NCBI GenBank assembly: GCA_963745035.1 | Contig: CAVUVW010000013.1 | Span: 576,001-640,000 of the forward strand | DNA length: 64,000 nt | Direction: 5' to 3' | DNA from: an uncultured delta proteobacterium | GTDB taxonomy: Bacteria; Desulfobacterota; Binatia; UBA9968 | Part shown: positions 40,601-49,387 of the stretch, piece by piece | Layout of the letters: every line of letters starts with the position of its first letter | How positions within the stretch are numbered: the first letter of the stretch is position 1 | Made by a program: the position numbers and the translations under genes | Notes under the pieces: generated by a model | The model's input: the letters and a program-made list of their open reading frames with translations, nothing else | Database searches by the model: none | What the model was told of the DNA's origin: nothing

Positions 40601-41957
40601 CGTCCACGACGCGCGAAAAATGGGAAATCAATCGCTGGCAATCCTGTTCGGCGAACACATCCCGATGCAAATCGAAATCGACCGACAGGCTCGTTACCGA
40701 GCCGAAATCGCTGATCTGGATCGTCAGTGCATCGTCTCCATGTCCGTTGTGCACCCACTGTGGTAAAGCCGCCATGCCCGCAAAGTTCGAGAACGACCGG
40801 GTGTGATAGTTAAGGACGACGTCGTACAACCTCCTGAAATACGGGTTGGCAACCGCGCACTGACCGTGTCGGGCTGCCTTGAACACTTCTGTTTTGACCT
40901 TGCCGATGAACGAAACAAACGTTTCCTCGTCGGACACTTCCAAGCGGACCGGAAGAACTTCGGAGAAAAATCCGATCGTCTGTTTGAACTCTTTGGATCG
41001 GCGATTATGAAATGGGATGCCGATGGTATATGTCGACTGTCTATTGAGACAGTAAAGATAACCGACGAGAATCGCGGCGAAGGTTTCGAGGAGAAACGCC
41101 TCTTCCGACCCCGACTTCGAGGCCGCGGCCATCGATCTCAGCCTGCTCGTGCGCTCGGCACCAAGCTCCCAAGAGACGCGGCGAACCCGCGTTGTCGCCT
41201 TGGCGGGGGTTTTGCCGTAAAAATGAATCTGTTCTCCGCCCGCGACGAAGAATTGCTTCCAATACGCCTCCGCGCGCCGATGACGCGCGGATTCACGATG
41301 ACTTCTCTCGTGAGCGACATAGTCGGCATAGGAGAACAAGCTCACATACTCCGGGAGTTGCCCCTGAAGCGAGCGGCTGTAGAACTCAGCCATACGGTGG
41401 TAAATCAACTCGAAAGACCAGCCGTCGCAGATCATATGATGGACGTTCAAATACCAGATGAACTCACTTTCCGACAATTGGATCAGCGCCGAGTCGAATA
41501 GGCGCTCATGCCATTGAAAGGGAATCTGGCAGCGCTTGTGCATCCAGCTTTTTGCCGTCGTGTGAGGATCCGGCAGCGACGACAGATCAACGACGTTGAG
41601 CTCGCATGGCACGATCGGCACAACCTTCTGTGTCGGAATTCCGTCGCATTCCTTGAGGACAGTCCGAAGTGCGTCACTGGAATTGACCAGGGTTTGAAAA
41701 GCCCTGCCGAAGTGTACCGGGTCGACTTTGCCGCGGATGTTCAGAGCCACGGCCAAGTTATAAATCGGTATCTCGGGAAGCAGGTCTTGCCCCATCCAGA
41801 CCTGCAACTGATTACTTGTCAGGTTCGATTGCTCGTATGCGCTCGTTGTTAGAGTCGCCTCACCGCCCGCAACTCCGCCGTTTCCGGTCACGCTGTGCAG
41901 GAGTCTCTCATTTTTCAGCGACTCGCTTTGCGGCTCAATCACGGATGTGCGGAGCAT
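34641..41957 (-). CDS. Two-module non-ribosomal peptide synthetase, C-A-T-C-A-T-TE
   Basis: C motifs HHMICDG and HHVISDQ; two A domains (YTSGSTG.PKG, YGPTETT, GELxIGG, TGD); T motifs LGGQSL and LGGHSL; TE with GYSSGG, LLD and GDH. Confidence 0.97.
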   Translation of the reverse strand: MLRTSVIEPQSESLKNERLLHSVTGNGGVAGGEATLTTSAYEQSNLTSNQLQVWMGQDLLPEIPIYNLAVALNIRGKVDPVHFGRAFQTLVNSSDALRTVLKECDGIPTQKVVPIVPCELNVVDLSSLPDPHTTAKSWMHKRCQIPFQWHERLFDSALIQLSESEFIWYLNVHHMICDGWSFELIYHRMAEFYSRSLQGQLPEYVSLFSYADYVAHERSHRESARHRRAEAYWKQFFVAGGEQIHFYGKTPAKATTRVRRVSWELGAERTSRLRSMAAASKSGSEEAFLLETFAAILVGYLYCLNRQSTYTIGIPFHNRRSKEFKQTIGFFSEVLPVRLEVSDEETFVSFIGKVKTEVFKAARHGQCAVANPYFRRLYDVVLNYHTRSFSNFAGMAALPQWVHNGHGDDALTIQISDFGSVTSLSVDFDLHRDVFAEQDCQRLISHFSRVVDAYLTDPARPLALLSLTSSEEVKQILETSRPKAEALDERCIHYLIEEQAKTRPDAVAVVFNDERLSYGELNRRANQVAHHLRKRGVGPKTLVGLYVERSLEMIVGQLGILKAGAAYVPIHPDYSREWVKFILTNAGASIVLTHGQLLSRIPLDGPEAIALDPSEPAISGESVENIDSGVSGDDLAYVIYTSGSTGAPKGVEITHKNLMNFAAQAARVFGLVHEDRVLQFASAAFDTSVEEIFPCLMRGATLVLRTDAMLESAKNFLDGCADYGVTILDLPTAYWHDLVADMFADHLAVPGSVRLVIIGGEKANAERVALWQSCVRPTLKLLNTYGPTETTVTATVYDLTDYPTKRAASQEVPIGAPLPHAQTYVLDSSLAPVPTGVPGELYIGGAGVARGYVKQPVLTADKFIRNPFAEDANSRLFRTGDLVRWRDDGNLEYLGRFDRQVKIRGFRVELDGIEVVLKAHPLVQDATVTQNGDSARHQLVAYLVPKQGAMLNVTEVKNFVNKKLPEYMVPTTILALDSLPRTHGGKVDRRALPNPDKCSALAGRPIEAPETSTEIRIADLWMRLLGVDAVSRRDHFFELGGQSLLAAQLVSRVRKEWAIEIPLRVIFEAPVLAQFAERVDEALQSKEPAAEIAPISFSSRGNEAPVSQSQARIWYMHQLAPQSAAYNIAVPIRFAGQLRKETLNRSLEELIRRHESLRANFTSRGGEPVQTISPTLTLDMPEIDLGNMPEGDRLSAAKQLLSDEARRPFDLENGALIRVLLLHLSEEDHVLLLNMHHVISDQWSLGVIARELSSLYNGFCESSSLAVNGTQTQYGDFTMWQDQWLTGRRIDAQLAYWKKQLAGLQPLALPTDYPRPSIQTFRGSYESLTLSAELVENLRKQAAQENATLYMLFLAAFKALLHRYSGQRDIGIGTPVANRNRLEWESVIGTFINILVLRTDFSGDLSFRRVLRRMRDTVLDAFDHGDVPFETVVKEMESGRDPSRSPLIQVLFNFQSISAEKIDLQGLSWMPFEIDQSASQFDIGVTVDPQVTRKILISYNTDLYKPETVKRMLRHYHRLLEAVAGNPNDSIATIPILSEGEKNQLLRQWNSTGSAFPQKCVHELFEEQARRTPDSIAVVFGEQQLTYAELNRRTDQIACRLRAMGVKPGVLVGLCTERSIELIAGLLGVLKAGGAYVPIDPGYPQERIQFMLEDSGLRILLTQERLLERLPDNGQLTLCLDSLASAVSSESAESYLAPPPSSLAYVIYTSGSTGKPKGVEIEHRSLANFLHSMRNNPGISETDVLLSVTTISFDIAALEIFLPLSVGARVVVTTREAAADGSRLARQIESSGATMMQATPTTWRMLVEAGWKGTKGFKVLCGGESLSLDLANSLLEGGNTVWNLYGPTETTVWSTAGQVAANCGVISIGVPIANTQVYIVDANMQPVPVGIPGELCIGGHGVARGYLKRPELTTQRFVPNPYSGDSGERLFKTGDWARHLGDGTIECLGRIDQQLKIRGHRIEPGEIEANLMEHPDVRQVLVIGREYAPEDMRLVAYLVTHPNVACDRGELRNFLARKLPDYMVPSAFVFLEGLPVAPGGKVNRQALPLPGPDECDSPKTFVAPRDRLEFQLAQIWQSVLNVRRVSVMDNFFGLGGHSLNTVRVVAEIKRHLGVDLPITAIFSAPTVERLADVIRAEGWIPPRNCLVEVRSAGSKPPVFTIGVEYGFVSYLDAQYPVYGLSFSGMFEKEIMPVTLKEMATNYVQAIRTVQPKGPYHLIGYSSGGTIAFEMAQLLHSEGEKIGLLALLDTYGPRSRSLALFQRLRAHWRAFKKPRLQGRLRYAAFAIKRASSFASLPLRRIWWSIFHRSFFLGTPVAVTASNLTWAYDFAFRNHAAEIHTGRGVLLRSREPKAGYDDDPTRGWTGMFTGGLEIHEVPGDHLTMFHEGHIRDVAECLNECLREVELNNNGAPPVCVQDIRALDSETSEPLNSLVSLSRVF

Positions 41958-42001
41958 ACCGATCCTTGTCCTTCATTCATCGATGAATTTGGAGCAACCG
42001 A

Positions 42002-43816
42002 TCAACGATACCTTTGCGCTTGGGTTTCATACATCCGGGCATAAATCCGGCTTTCCCTCATGAGCTCTTGATGCGTGCCGAATTCGGCTATCCTGCCGTG
42101 CTTGAGCACGTAAATACGATCGGCCATTTTGACCGTCGAGAGCCGGTGACTGATGAGAATGGCCATCTTACCTTTGACCAGTTGGTGAAACCGCTCGAAA
42201 ACTTCGTACTCCGCCTCCGCATCAAGAGAACTGCTCGGCTCGTCCAATACGATAATGTCACCATCATGTAAGAAAGCGCGCGCGAGGGCGATCTTCTGCC
42301 ATTCTCCCGTGCTCAATTCGTGGCCTCCGTCAAATGACTTGCCCAAAAGCGTATCGTATCCGTCGGTTAGTTGCGCAATCAGCGGATCAACGCCGGCTTT
42401 ACGCGCGGCGGGGTCGAGGTGTTGGCCGTCGGGTGGAACATTGACATTTCCCAACCAGATATTTTCGCGAGCCGTCAGCTCGTAGCGAGGATAGTCTTGA
42501 AAAACAACACTGATGCTGCGTCGCAGATCTTGAGTCGCGTAGTGGCGCAGATCCACCCCGTCCAGGGTGATAGCCCCGCTCGTAGGATCGTAAAGCCGGC
42601 AAAGGAGCTTGGCCAACGTGGTTTTTCCCGCGCCATTCTCTCCGACCAGCGCCACGTGCTCGCCGGGTCGAATGGTCAAAACAATATCTTCCAGGACTCG
42701 ATGGCCATCCCCCGGGTACTGAAAACCAACATGGTCAAAGACGATACCGGACCGAAAGGGTTTCCTGATGACGCTCGGATTTGACGGCTCTTCCAGCTTT
42801 GGTTTGAGATCGAGAAACTTGTAAAGATTGCCGAGGAAGAGATTGTCTTCATAGAGGTCGGCAACGCTGTTAAATACCTGCCGAAGCAAAGCTTGGCCGC
42901 GCTGCACTGCGGCATAAAACATGACCAGATCCCCGAGGCTCATGAGCCCTTGTACGGCGCGCAGCCCGAGATAGCCCAGAAGGGCGAAAGACACGCAGAT
43001 GGCGGCGCTGATGGTGAGTAGTTCCGCAAACGCTTTTTTTGTGGCGATGCGCACCTTCTCGCGTCGCAGTTGGGAACGCAGCCGGCGAAATCGATCCATG
43101 AACAAAGAGCCCACGCCGAAGAGCCGAATTTCTTTGGCATACGCGTCGTTCGTAAGGATCCCATTTAAGTATGCCGCCTGCCGTTCCACGGGAGTTCTGT
43201 GGCGTTCCCATTGATAGTTTTTTCTAGCGTAGCGAATGCGCACGAACACGGCGGGAATGGCGGCGGCCAGAAGCACGAATCCTACAACCCAGTGAAGCCA
43301 AACCAGCAAGATGCCTAACGCAATCACCGAGATGGAATTTTGCGCAAGTTGCCGCAAATTGTTCAGCACCCGGACGGGCCGGACCGGGGCCTCTTGCTGC
43401 GCACGGTGAAGGGTATCGTGATATTGCGGGCTTTCGTAATATTCGAGGTCCACCTCGGTGGACTTAACGTGCAAGATGTCGTACATGCGGTCCGTCAAGA
43501 CGTTCCCATGAACAAAGCTGATGATCCTATCCACCGAGCTGAATATGGCTTCCAGTAACGTCGCCACACCGAGAAGGACGATAAATATGGTAACTGACTG
43601 GAAACCCGAGATACCGTCAGGACCAAGGGCTCCTTGCAGCGAGTCCACTGCCATTTTTACCAGATACAGCGTCAGTAACGGCAGCACACCCTGGACAGCG
43701 ACAACAACGATGCTGGCAAGGCTCCATCGGGGACCGCTATGCCAGATAAAGTGCAGGTAGCGGAACAGGTTGGAACTCAGGTCCGATTTGGTTTTTCCTG
43801 GCATCATCGCAATCAA
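42002..43816 (-). CDS. ABC exporter, fused permease/ATPase
   Basis: About six TM helices, Walker A GENGAGKTT, signature LSTGEWQ, IVLDEP, ISHRLST. Start may be 43807. Confidence 0.95.
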   Translation of the reverse strand: MIAMMPGKTKSDLSSNLFRYLHFIWHSGPRWSLASIVVVAVQGVLPLLTLYLVKMAVDSLQGALGPDGISGFQSVTIFIVLLGVATLLEAIFSSVDRIISFVHGNVLTDRMYDILHVKSTEVDLEYYESPQYHDTLHRAQQEAPVRPVRVLNNLRQLAQNSISVIALGILLVWLHWVVGFVLLAAAIPAVFVRIRYARKNYQWERHRTPVERQAAYLNGILTNDAYAKEIRLFGVGSLFMDRFRRLRSQLRREKVRIATKKAFAELLTISAAICVSFALLGYLGLRAVQGLMSLGDLVMFYAAVQRGQALLRQVFNSVADLYEDNLFLGNLYKFLDLKPKLEEPSNPSVIRKPFRSGIVFDHVGFQYPGDGHRVLEDIVLTIRPGEHVALVGENGAGKTTLAKLLCRLYDPTSGAITLDGVDLRHYATQDLRRSISVVFQDYPRYELTARENIWLGNVNVPPDGQHLDPAARKAGVDPLIAQLTDGYDTLLGKSFDGGHELSTGEWQKIALARAFLHDGDIIVLDEPSSSLDAEAEYEVFERFHQLVKGKMAILISHRLSTVKMADRIYVLKHGRIAEFGTHQELMRESRIYARMYETQAQRYR

Positions 43817-43904
43817 ATGTGCGCAAACATGACCGTGCGACTTCTCCGCCGGTCAATCGCTAAAAACTGCAATTAACCAGAGGAAACGCATCATGGACGT
43901 CACG

Positions 43905-43921
43905 AGCAACCACAATGCCAA
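43905..43921 (-). promoter_or_regulatory. Sigma-54 (-24/-12) promoter upstream of the ABC exporter-NRPS-epimerase genes
   Basis: Minus strand TTGGCATTGTGGTTGCT: GG-10 nt-GC spacing with TGGCA and TTGCT flanks. Confidence 0.75.
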
Positions 43922-44332
43922 TAGTAAAGAAATTCCCCGACACTTGATCCAAGTTGCAGCAGTAGCCGGGTTCAGCGTGCCAACGCCTTCTGTCAATGTT
44001 AAAATTCGTTGTAAGTATTTGAAAGGCTGGGGATTTGCGGGCAGGGGTCAAGTGAAGCCCTTGGGCGGGCAAGGCGGGAGCTGTTGGCAGGCTAGCAATC
44101 TGTATCTTTCCAAAACGCGCACAGGCGCGTTCAGTCGCGCTGAATCCTCGGGAATTGTCACGCAGGTCGCGTCAGAGTTGACGTAGGGGCCGAAATAAGC
44201 CAACTCTCTACGCCTTTTTCGTCTCGAGGATCTACCTAGGGCTTGGATTTTTCGGGCCTGGATGGCCGGGCGGGCCAAAGGAATCACGTAAGCGGGCGAC
44301 TTTGGGTGGTTTTCCCGCCGTTCGCCGCTTTG

Positions 44333-45479
44333 CTAACAACTCGCAACCTCCTGATAGAGACTGCCCAGTTGCGATGCGCAATGCCGAACATTGAAGGATT
44401 TGTCGATTTGGTCCCGCAGCGCCGACCCGTCGGTCAGCAACCGATCAGGCTCCTCAAAGTACATTTGCAGACGGTCGGCTATTGCGACCGGATCCCGCTC
44501 GGCAACGAGCCATTTTGCGTGAGCACCGAACAGATAAGGGATATCGGCGTGGACGGTAGAGATCACCGGCATACCCGTTGCCATCATTTGCTGCAACACA
44601 AACGGCGTTCCTTCACGATCGCCATCGGCGGCGGTAACGCTGGGCGCCACAAAAACATGGCAACTCAGCGCCAAGTCACAGAGCTCGCTAAACGGCATGA
44701 ACGGGTAGTGGGTGACGACATCCTCGATGCCCACCCGCCGAATGCTGCTAAACACCGCCTCTTTCGTTTCGCGGTCGCCCGATTTGCCCATTGCGTCGCC
44801 GACAAGCTTCACCTCGAGCTTCACCCCCGCCTTGCGCGCGCGAGCGGCCGCTTCGACAACGTACTGCACGCCTTTTTTCTCGCGAAAGGTCCCGGCAAAA
44901 AGTATCTTCAATGGCTCGCCTGGCCGCAGCGTTCGTGGAGCGGCCGTTAACTGCTCTACATCCACTCCCAACGGATGCACCACGATTTTTTCCGGCGGAC
45001 ATCCCAGCTCTTTGATCTCAGCCGCCATCAGCTGGTCCTAGGGCGAGAATGCGCTCGGCTTGTCGAAAGACCGTCTCGTATTTTTTTGCGCGTTCAGCCC
45101 GGCCACGCTGAAAGATGTCGGCACCGTAAAAGCTCACGATCCACGGCGTCCCGAGAGCTTGATGCATCCGGCAATCCTGCCTCGCTACCGAGCCGAAATG
45201 CGAGTGCAGTACTCGCGGCGCCAATTTTTTGATGCGGTGCCATTCCGTCGGATAATAGCGGGCACCGGAAATCCGCCGCCACGCGCGCCGTGTCAAACTC
45301 AAATTGAACTTCCAGGCGATCAACTCGGGAAATTCCTCGCGGTTCATCAACGCGTCGCACAGAACCACGGGAGTGAAACGCGGCAATGACCGTAAATGAT
45401 CGTACAACCAATTCATCGTTCGGGCGACGAAGCGGTCGCAGCGTTGTAAAGCAATGGGGGCGGCGGCAGTGGCGTTCAT
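44333..45479 (-). CDS. Glycosyltransferase family 4 (WcaL-like), single frameshift at ~45029
   Basis: HSHFG, SFYGAD, then LGCP.EKI.V..LGVD, FREKKG, PSVTAADGDREG.P. Removing one base in CCA GCT G ATG joins ORFs 45018-45479 and 44333-45028. Confidence 0.85.
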
Positions 45480-46825
45480 GTTGCCGACTCTCTGGATGTC
45501 CCTTTTTGCAGTCTAACCGTCCAGGCAGACCGGGAGCATAGCCGCACGTAAAGCGAACAATCGCTCGGACGAGGGATGAGCTCCGTCCATGAAACTCCGG
45601 TTTCCCGGAGGTAAAACCAAGTCAACATCCCCGAAAGGATCGTATAAGAAATCGACGAGGCGATGGCCGCTCCCGCCAGACCCATCGACGGAACCAGCGC
45701 GAAATTGCCAATGATGTTAACCACGGCGGCTACGCCCGAGGCCCAAACAGTATAACCGGGCTTCTCGCGTGCGAGAACCTCGGCGACCAGAACCTTTCCG
45801 ACGCTGAGAGTAAAGATTCCCGGAAGCAGCCAGCGCATTGGCGTCACCACCGGCGCAAAGGCGGACGAGTACAGGAGCTCGACAAAAAAGTCGGCGACGG
45901 CGAACACAACTAGACAGCCGGCGCCTACCCATATAGCGACGTGCCGCGCGACCACCGCGGCAAGTTTCGGGTCGCGGCGCGGCGTATTGGTCAGGTGCGG
46001 CAACAATACGGTGCCGACCGTGCCGGACAAAAACCACAGTCGTTCAACGACTGCAGCCGCGATTACGTAAAATCCCAGTTCTTCTCTGGAAAGAAACGCG
46101 GCGATGAAAAATCCGTCGACTCGGTAGTTGAGATAAGCGGCGATGGTCCCGGCGTGAGCCGGCAATGCAAACCGCATTGCCTTTTTCCAGAGCGTCCGAT
46201 CTATGGCCGCCTTGCCCCACACGTCGATGCGTCGAAACAGCGCGATGACGCAGACCACGGCCGCGGCCTGCAAGATGATGTCCGCCCAAAGCGCGCCGAT
46301 GACGTGCAGGCCGAGCCCCCAGACCAGAACCGCAGTCAGCAGCAGCGAACCGACCCGCACCGACGTTTCCACAACATTCAAAAGAACGATTTGGTTCATC
46401 CCGCGCAGCAGCGCCAGCCAGTAATCGATGAGCACCTTGAGGGGCACCAGGGACAGAGGCAGGACGTAAAGCCAATACGGAATCGTCGTGAGCGCCGTCA
46501 ATCCCGGGGCTCCAATCGCCAGGAAGCCCAAGCCAAGCACCCAGGTCACCGCTCCAACCCCGAAGGCGAGCAGCACCGAATGCCAAAGCAGCGCCCGGCA
46601 TGCCGCCCGATCCAAGCCCGCATAGACCGCATTGGCCTGTTCAAACCCGAGCCGGCCAAGGGTGATCGCCAACTCGGGGACAAGAAACATGAGCGCGAAC
46701 AAGCCGCGTCCGTCAGGCCCCAAGCCGCGCGCCAGGATTACGGACGAGAGCAGCCGGAACGCCATCCCCGATAGCCGGCCCGCCATGGTAATAGCGATGT
46801 TTCGCTTCAGGTCCATCGGTCCCAC
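45476..46825 (-). CDS. Wzx-like oligosaccharide flippase / polysaccharide biosynthesis protein
   Basis: ILAR.LGP.GRG, NYRVD, LG.Y..A, G..GAAIASSISY; about 12 TM segments. Confidence 0.88.
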   Translation of the reverse strand: MGPMDLKRNIAITMAGRLSGMAFRLLSSVILARGLGPDGRGLFALMFLVPELAITLGRLGFEQANAVYAGLDRAACRALLWHSVLLAFGVGAVTWVLGLGFLAIGAPGLTALTTIPYWLYVLPLSLVPLKVLIDYWLALLRGMNQIVLLNVVETSVRVGSLLLTAVLVWGLGLHVIGALWADIILQAAAVVCVIALFRRIDVWGKAAIDRTLWKKAMRFALPAHAGTIAAYLNYRVDGFFIAAFLSREELGFYVIAAAVVERLWFLSGTVGTVLLPHLTNTPRRDPKLAAVVARHVAIWVGAGCLVVFAVADFFVELLYSSAFAPVVTPMRWLLPGIFTLSVGKVLVAEVLAREKPGYTVWASGVAAVVNIIGNFALVPSMGLAGAAIASSISYTILSGMLTWFYLRETGVSWTELIPRPSDCSLYVRLCSRSAWTVRLQKGTSRESAT

Positions 46826-48600
46826 CGAAAAATCAACATATCCTCCGCGCCATCCACATCGTGAATCTGAAAATTGCGCTCGATGAATGCCGAAATATCA
46901 GCAGGCACCGAACGTTTATTGTGGAAGCGATTGCGCTCGATGACGAGCCAGCCCGACGAATATTTGCCGATTAGTTCCCGCAAATCTTTGAGGTCGACGA
47001 CAATCACGGCCGCTGCCGTGTACTCGGTCCGGCTGGTTTTCCAATTATAGCGCGCTTTCGCGAAGTGATCATCCAATTCGTTATTGTTCAACGAATAGAG
47101 CGGTCTTGGCGGCCCGTAGTACTTCGCCAAAAGCGGCACCGATGTCATAATGACATCGCCCTGCCGAGCTTTCTCGGCAATGTACCGCATGGCGGTTCTC
47201 CAGTTGTTGTGTTGCACACCGGCGAACTGACCGGCGTTGATATACGGGGTTTGAACGCTTTCGCGCAGTTCCGGCGCTCCATAGACAATCACCAGCATCG
47301 TTGCTCCACCGACGCCTCCCACCAGCACCCGCGTCATGACAGGCCGGGAGGAACGCGCCAGCAAACCGGATATCCATTCCCGCAATTGCGAAATCAGACT
47401 CGCCAATCCCATTCCTGAAAGGAGGAACAGCAAGGGGAACAGATGAAACACATACCGCTGGTTTTTCCACGCGATAAAGAGACTGTGAATGAGGAAAGGC
47501 GCTGCAAAGCAAACGATCAAGTAAAAGGCAGGCTTTGGATTGCGCAACCAAGCCAACCCACCCAAAATTACCGCGGCGACGGAAATGAAGGGAATATATC
47601 TTCTGAGCACGGCAATATAATGCTGCCACTCCTGAACGCCGCTTTGGGCCCATGCGGGCGCATAGTGCATGAAGCTCACATACCTCGCGATCCCCCCGGA
47701 AACGTATAGATGGATAAGGGCGAGCGCCACGCCGGCGCCGATCACAAGCGTCCAGAAAACGTATCTCGACCGGGCAAGTCGATCGGTCCGCTTGTCGAGC
47801 AAAGCGACGAGCGCCATGCAGAGCACGTACACTATCGGCCCGGCGGCGGCGACGAGAATCAGCTGCTGGAAATGAAGCGCCAACGCAAAGGCTATGGCGG
47901 CAAGGCTCCAGGGCAGCAGTTGCAGCCTCGCCGCCCATTCTTTCAATGCGCCTTTCCCGACGGCCGCTATTCTTCGGCTTTGGAACGAGCCTTCGATCGC
48001 CTGAAAAAATAAATAAATAAAAATGAGATAAAAGAGCTGAAATACGGTGTACATGCGCACTTGGCGGGAAAATGCCACCTGTATTGGGACCACCGCCGTT
48101 AAGAGCGCCGCGACGAGTCCCGCGGCGTTTGACTGCCATTGCCGGCCGATGAAAAACACCAGCGCAACGGTGAGAACGCCGAACAGGACGCTCGTCATTC
48201 GCGCGACGCTTTCAGTCATGCCGAGCAGCTTTCCGGAAAGAGCCACGCTGTATGTGTAGAGAAGAGCTCGCTGGTACGGATAGCCGGAAGGCAGGTTTGG
48301 ATCATCTCCATGGATCAGTTCGTTGGCGGCATAGACATGCAGCATCTCGTCGATACCGAAGCTCGGCCCACCCAAATTCGTCACGCGCAACATGAAGGCA
48401 AACAACAGCACAGCGCCTAACAAGAGCGCCGGGCCTCGGCTTTCGAGCCATTTTTGTGCCCATGTCTGTGGCAGTTCATTTCTCGCCATATCTCGTAAAT
48501 CAAGATTTCTCATGCCCGAAGTTAACCTGGCCCGGAGTAGGTCCATCATATCCATAGCCCGACGAAAGCTTTTCTCGTCAATTTCGGCTGACTGGACCAA
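46807..48600 (-). CDS. GT-C fold membrane glycosyltransferase (family 39/83, PMT/ArnT-like); start likely downstream of 48600
   Basis: LR...LG..SF..DE, E..AR..S.LFG, SRQVRMY, RY...L.P; many TM segments. Confidence 0.8.
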   Translation of the reverse strand: MVQSAEIDEKSFRRAMDMMDLLRARLTSGMRNLDLRDMARNELPQTWAQKWLESRGPALLLGAVLLFAFMLRVTNLGGPSFGIDEMLHVYAANELIHGDDPNLPSGYPYQRALLYTYSVALSGKLLGMTESVARMTSVLFGVLTVALVFFIGRQWQSNAAGLVAALLTAVVPIQVAFSRQVRMYTVFQLFYLIFIYLFFQAIEGSFQSRRIAAVGKGALKEWAARLQLLPWSLAAIAFALALHFQQLILVAAAGPIVYVLCMALVALLDKRTDRLARSRYVFWTLVIGAGVALALIHLYVSGGIARYVSFMHYAPAWAQSGVQEWQHYIAVLRRYIPFISVAAVILGGLAWLRNPKPAFYLIVCFAAPFLIHSLFIAWKNQRYVFHLFPLLFLLSGMGLASLISQLREWISGLLARSSRPVMTRVLVGGVGGATMLVIVYGAPELRESVQTPYINAGQFAGVQHNNWRTAMRYIAEKARQGDVIMTSVPLLAKYYGPPRPLYSLNNNELDDHFAKARYNWKTSRTEYTAAAVIVVDLKDLRELIGKYSSGWLVIERNRFHNKRSVPADISAFIERNFQIHDVDGAEDMLIFRWDRWT

Positions 48601-49291
48601 CTTTAAGGTCGGACAGAACCATGAGCAAAAACACCACGACAGCCGCTATCATAATCAATTCAACAGGTTCTTGAAGACGGGATATTAGCTTGCCTCCTCC
48701 ACCGACAAAATAGAACCTCCTGGCCAATTTGAAACTCAAATGGCAAAGTGCTGCCGGTATTAAACTTGGGTGCGGAATCCAAAGCTGGGGGCGCCATGAC
48801 GCAGGGATTAAATTGCTTGTGTACCAGCCCAAACCGATAGCTAAGCCTATGGTTGTAAATACAACTAGATCGGCGATCCCCGATATTTCGTCCATAACAC
48901 CCGGAAGATTGTGCAGATTCATCTCGCCCTGGCGATTATCGGCCAACCATTCAGGCGTCCCTATTCCGAAAATCCTCTGTCCCCAGCTGATCTCTTCCCC
49001 GGCTACCCAAAGAAGCATTATGGCGACCACACCGTAAACGAGTGCCCATGGGTATACTCCGTCTTGGTGAAGACGGCGATAAATTTTAAAGCCCAAAACC
49101 GCGGCAAGACAAAATAGCGCGAATTGAGCGTTTTCAATCCAGCCATCTTCGGCAGTAAGCGCTATGAAAACTTGTCGGTGCTCACGCGCAAGCCATAGGT
49201 TCGCCAACCAGAATGCTGGAGGCACAAGCGTGACGAGCCACAATCTTTTACTGGACCAGCAGAGCATGTTCTTCTCCTTACTGAATTCCAA
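48578..49291 (-). CDS. Hypothetical membrane protein
   Basis: Hydrophobic, with EDGWIE, GEEISWGQR and NRQGEMNLHN motifs. Confidence 0.72.
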   Translation of the reverse strand: MEFSKEKNMLCWSSKRLWLVTLVPPAFWLANLWLAREHRQVFIALTAEDGWIENAQFALFCLAAVLGFKIYRRLHQDGVYPWALVYGVVAIMLLWVAGEEISWGQRIFGIGTPEWLADNRQGEMNLHNLPGVMDEISGIADLVVFTTIGLAIGLGWYTSNLIPASWRPQLWIPHPSLIPAALCHLSFKLARRFYFVGGGGKLISRLQEPVELIMIAAVVVFLLMVLSDLKVGPVSRN

Positions 49292-49387
49292 GACTCAATT
49301 TTTGAGTAGCAAACTCATCGTGAAATTCTGCCGATTGTAAAAATTTCCCTCACGATCGGCTGCTGTGCGCGAGATTTGTTTCACTTA

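Noticed and set aside
43966-43984. Second sigma-54 site (minus-strand TTGGCACG)
   Set aside because: The -12 GC is missing at the required spacing.
43820-44330. RiPP/lasso precursor next to the ABC exporter (ORFs 43860-44072, 43893-44186, 44048-44287)
   Set aside because: No leader motif or convincing RBS, no maturation enzymes in the window, and the ORFs overlap the sigma-54 promoter region.
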